A stretch of 55,104 nucleotides of DNA, from assembly GCA_015222755.1 (NCBI GenBank), contig JADFVX010000064.1, positions 1 to 55,104 of the forward strand, in the 5' to 3' direction. Source of the stretch: Pseudomonadota bacterium (GTDB taxonomy: Bacteria > Desulfobacterota > JADFVX01). The notes under the pieces were generated by a model. That model worked only from the letters and a program-made list of their open reading frames with translations. It ran no database searches and was not told where the DNA came from. Positions 53,864 to 55,104 of this stretch are shown here, one piece after another. The position numbers were made by a program, and so were the translations under genes. Numbering within the stretch: the first letter of the stretch is position 1; every line of letters starts with the position of its first letter.

Positions 53864-54402
53864 TGTTAAAGATAGCTGAGCATCATGTAATTTGTTTTTC
53901 TATCTCAGCCTGTCTCATCCTGGGGGCCTGCGTTCCTTATCAAAAAGCAGTTAAAGGCACTTTATCATCAGGATCGATTTTTGAAACGGGAATAAGTGAT
54001 GAGGCAATCCCTGCTGAAATAGTGAGGCTGAAAGACCTCACGGAAGATAAAACGGGCAAAGTGGTTTCTGTCGATGTTTATTTAAGCCTGGCCATTCTTT
54101 ATTCCAGCTACAAAAATGAAGACCCTGATTATGCCTCTGCACTGACTGCACTTGAAAAATACATGGCTGTATATAATGTAGGGAGCAACGAGTCAGAACT
54201 TAACACCCTGTACACTCTTTTGTTAAGAATGCAGCACTTATCAAAAAATAAAAGCGTTAAAAGCACTTTAATCAAGAAAAACAAGGCACTGACAAAGCAG
54301 AATAAAGAACTTTCAATAATCAATGAAGTACTGAAAGAGACTATAGAAAAATTAGGGACTATAGATCTTAACCTGGAGAAGAAGAGAAAAAGTTATAAAT
54401 AA
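53863..54402 (+). CDS. Lipoprotein with a C-terminal coiled coil, hypothetical
   Basis: The start overlaps the upstream stop (TGATG). A lipobox-like ILGAC is present. Confidence 0.55.
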   Translation: MLKIAEHHVICFSISACLILGACVPYQKAVKGTLSSGSIFETGISDEAIPAEIVRLKDLTEDKTGKVVSVDVYLSLAILYSSYKNEDPDYASALTALEKYMAVYNVGSNESELNTLYTLLLRMQHLSKNKSVKSTLIKKNKALTKQNKELSIINEVLKETIEKLGTIDLNLEKKRKSYK

Positions 54403-54539
54403 ATCTTTATCCCCCCGTATGTTGGCATTATACAGATTATTTACAGCACTTTGATTAAAGCAAATATGTTTTTTTGTTTTATCCCCCGAAATATTATACT
54501 GCTACAAGGGGCAGAAAAAATCTGCTATCATCGGCCGCT

Positions 54540-55104
54540 ATGCTCTTACGCCTCACCGAAATAAGACTTTCTCTCGATGAAGAGGAATCGCTGCTGCCCC
54601 AAAGGGCTGCAGAGCGTCTGTCCCTTAAGGCCAATGATCTAGACAGTCTGACCATTATAAGAAAGTCGCTGGATGCCAGGAAGAAGGACTCCATCCAGTA
54701 CGTCTACACCCTGCTTGTAGAGGTGGCAGAAGAGAAACTGCCCCCGGCAATTACCGAGGACAGGCATGTAAAGGTCTTTGAAAGGACGCCCTCATCCCCA
54801 TTTCCAAAAATCAAGACAGAGCTACGGCCCGTTATCATAGGTACGGGGCCGGCAGGGCTTTTTACGGCACTCCGCATGACCGAATACGGGATGAAGCCCC
54901 TTATCCTTGAGCGGGGAAAGCCTATTGCTGAAAGGGTGAAGGACGTTGAGAGTTTCTGGAATAAGCGTAATTTAAACCCCGAGAGCAATGTCCAGTTTGG
55001 CGAGGGTGGCGCCGGAACCTTTTCCGATGGAAAGCTGACCACACGGCTGGACGACCCGCGCATTGATTACATACTGAAGGCCTTTATTGACGCAGGTGCT
55101 GAAC
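54540..55104 (+). CDS. FAD-dependent oxidoreductase (COG2509-like), 5-prime partial, runs off the window
   Basis: The frame is open from ATG 54540 to the window end, so it is not in the ORF track. The dinucleotide-binding motif VIIGTGPAGL and the downstream GEGGAGTFSDGKL are present. Confidence 0.75.
   Translation, partial: MLLRLTEIRLSLDEEESLLPQRAAERLSLKANDLDSLTIIRKSLDARKKDSIQYVYTLLVEVAEEKLPPAITEDRHVKVFERTPSSPFPKIKTELRPVIIGTGPAGLFTALRMTEYGMKPLILERGKPIAERVKDVESFWNKRNLNPESNVQFGEGGAGTFSDGKLTTRLDDPRIDYILKAFIDAGAE

Overview
This is a 55.1-kb chromosomal window from a Gram-negative-type bacterium. The gene content (parAB plus bactofilin, a sigma-54 enhancer-binding protein, c-type-haem periplasmic proteins, many cNMP/c-di-GMP signalling proteins) hints at a Desulfobacterota-like anaerobe, but that is a low-confidence guess. 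I support about 50 protein-coding genes. I found no rRNA, tRNA, CRISPR array, transposase or phage integrase.

Housekeeping blocks:
- ABC exporter and PBP1A (3.7-8.0 kb).
- parA-parB-bactofilin and bioB (8.2-12.8 kb).
- Sigma-54 activator-rmuC-terB (13.0-16.3 kb).
- L,D-transpeptidase plus DUF882/MepK-like peptidase (16.7-19.1 kb).
- ABC-F ATPase, CBS-GGDEF, DksA/TraR, UvrD/PcrA (34.2-39.8 kb).
- ClC channel, glmS, glmU, hslV, xerC (42.9-49.3 kb).
- DUF366/QueE-like/UbiD (49.5-52.3 kb).

Accessory or unusual parts:
1. A 3.2-kb periplasmic module at 0.4-3.5 kb holds two class-II (c-prime-like) cytochromes, a TPR protein and two paralogous secreted proteins. Two copies of a double-hairpin repeat bracket it.
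2. A visibly AT-richer stretch at 19.1-24.7 kb shows gene decay: a rhodanese pseudogene, a YceI remnant and an output-less Cache sensor. It also holds an orphan haem-c sensor kinase and an unannotated 59-codon ORF. Two copies of a 72-nt intergenic repeat bracket it.
3. A DUF2339/DUF3999 membrane gene pair of unknown function sits at 24.7-28.8 kb.
4. The best candidate for an undescribed system is a three-gene cassette at 29.3-33.8 kb: a TPR/beta-barrel outer-membrane protein, a FecR-domain protein with a Pro-rich tail, and a CHASE2 class-III nucleotidyl cyclase. It is flanked by a diverged direct duplication of the ABC-F gene 3-prime end plus terminator.
5. An AT-rich GT2 + GT-C membrane glycosylation module sits at 39.8-42.9 kb.

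All family assignments come from motif recognition by eye. None has been checked with HMM or BLAST.
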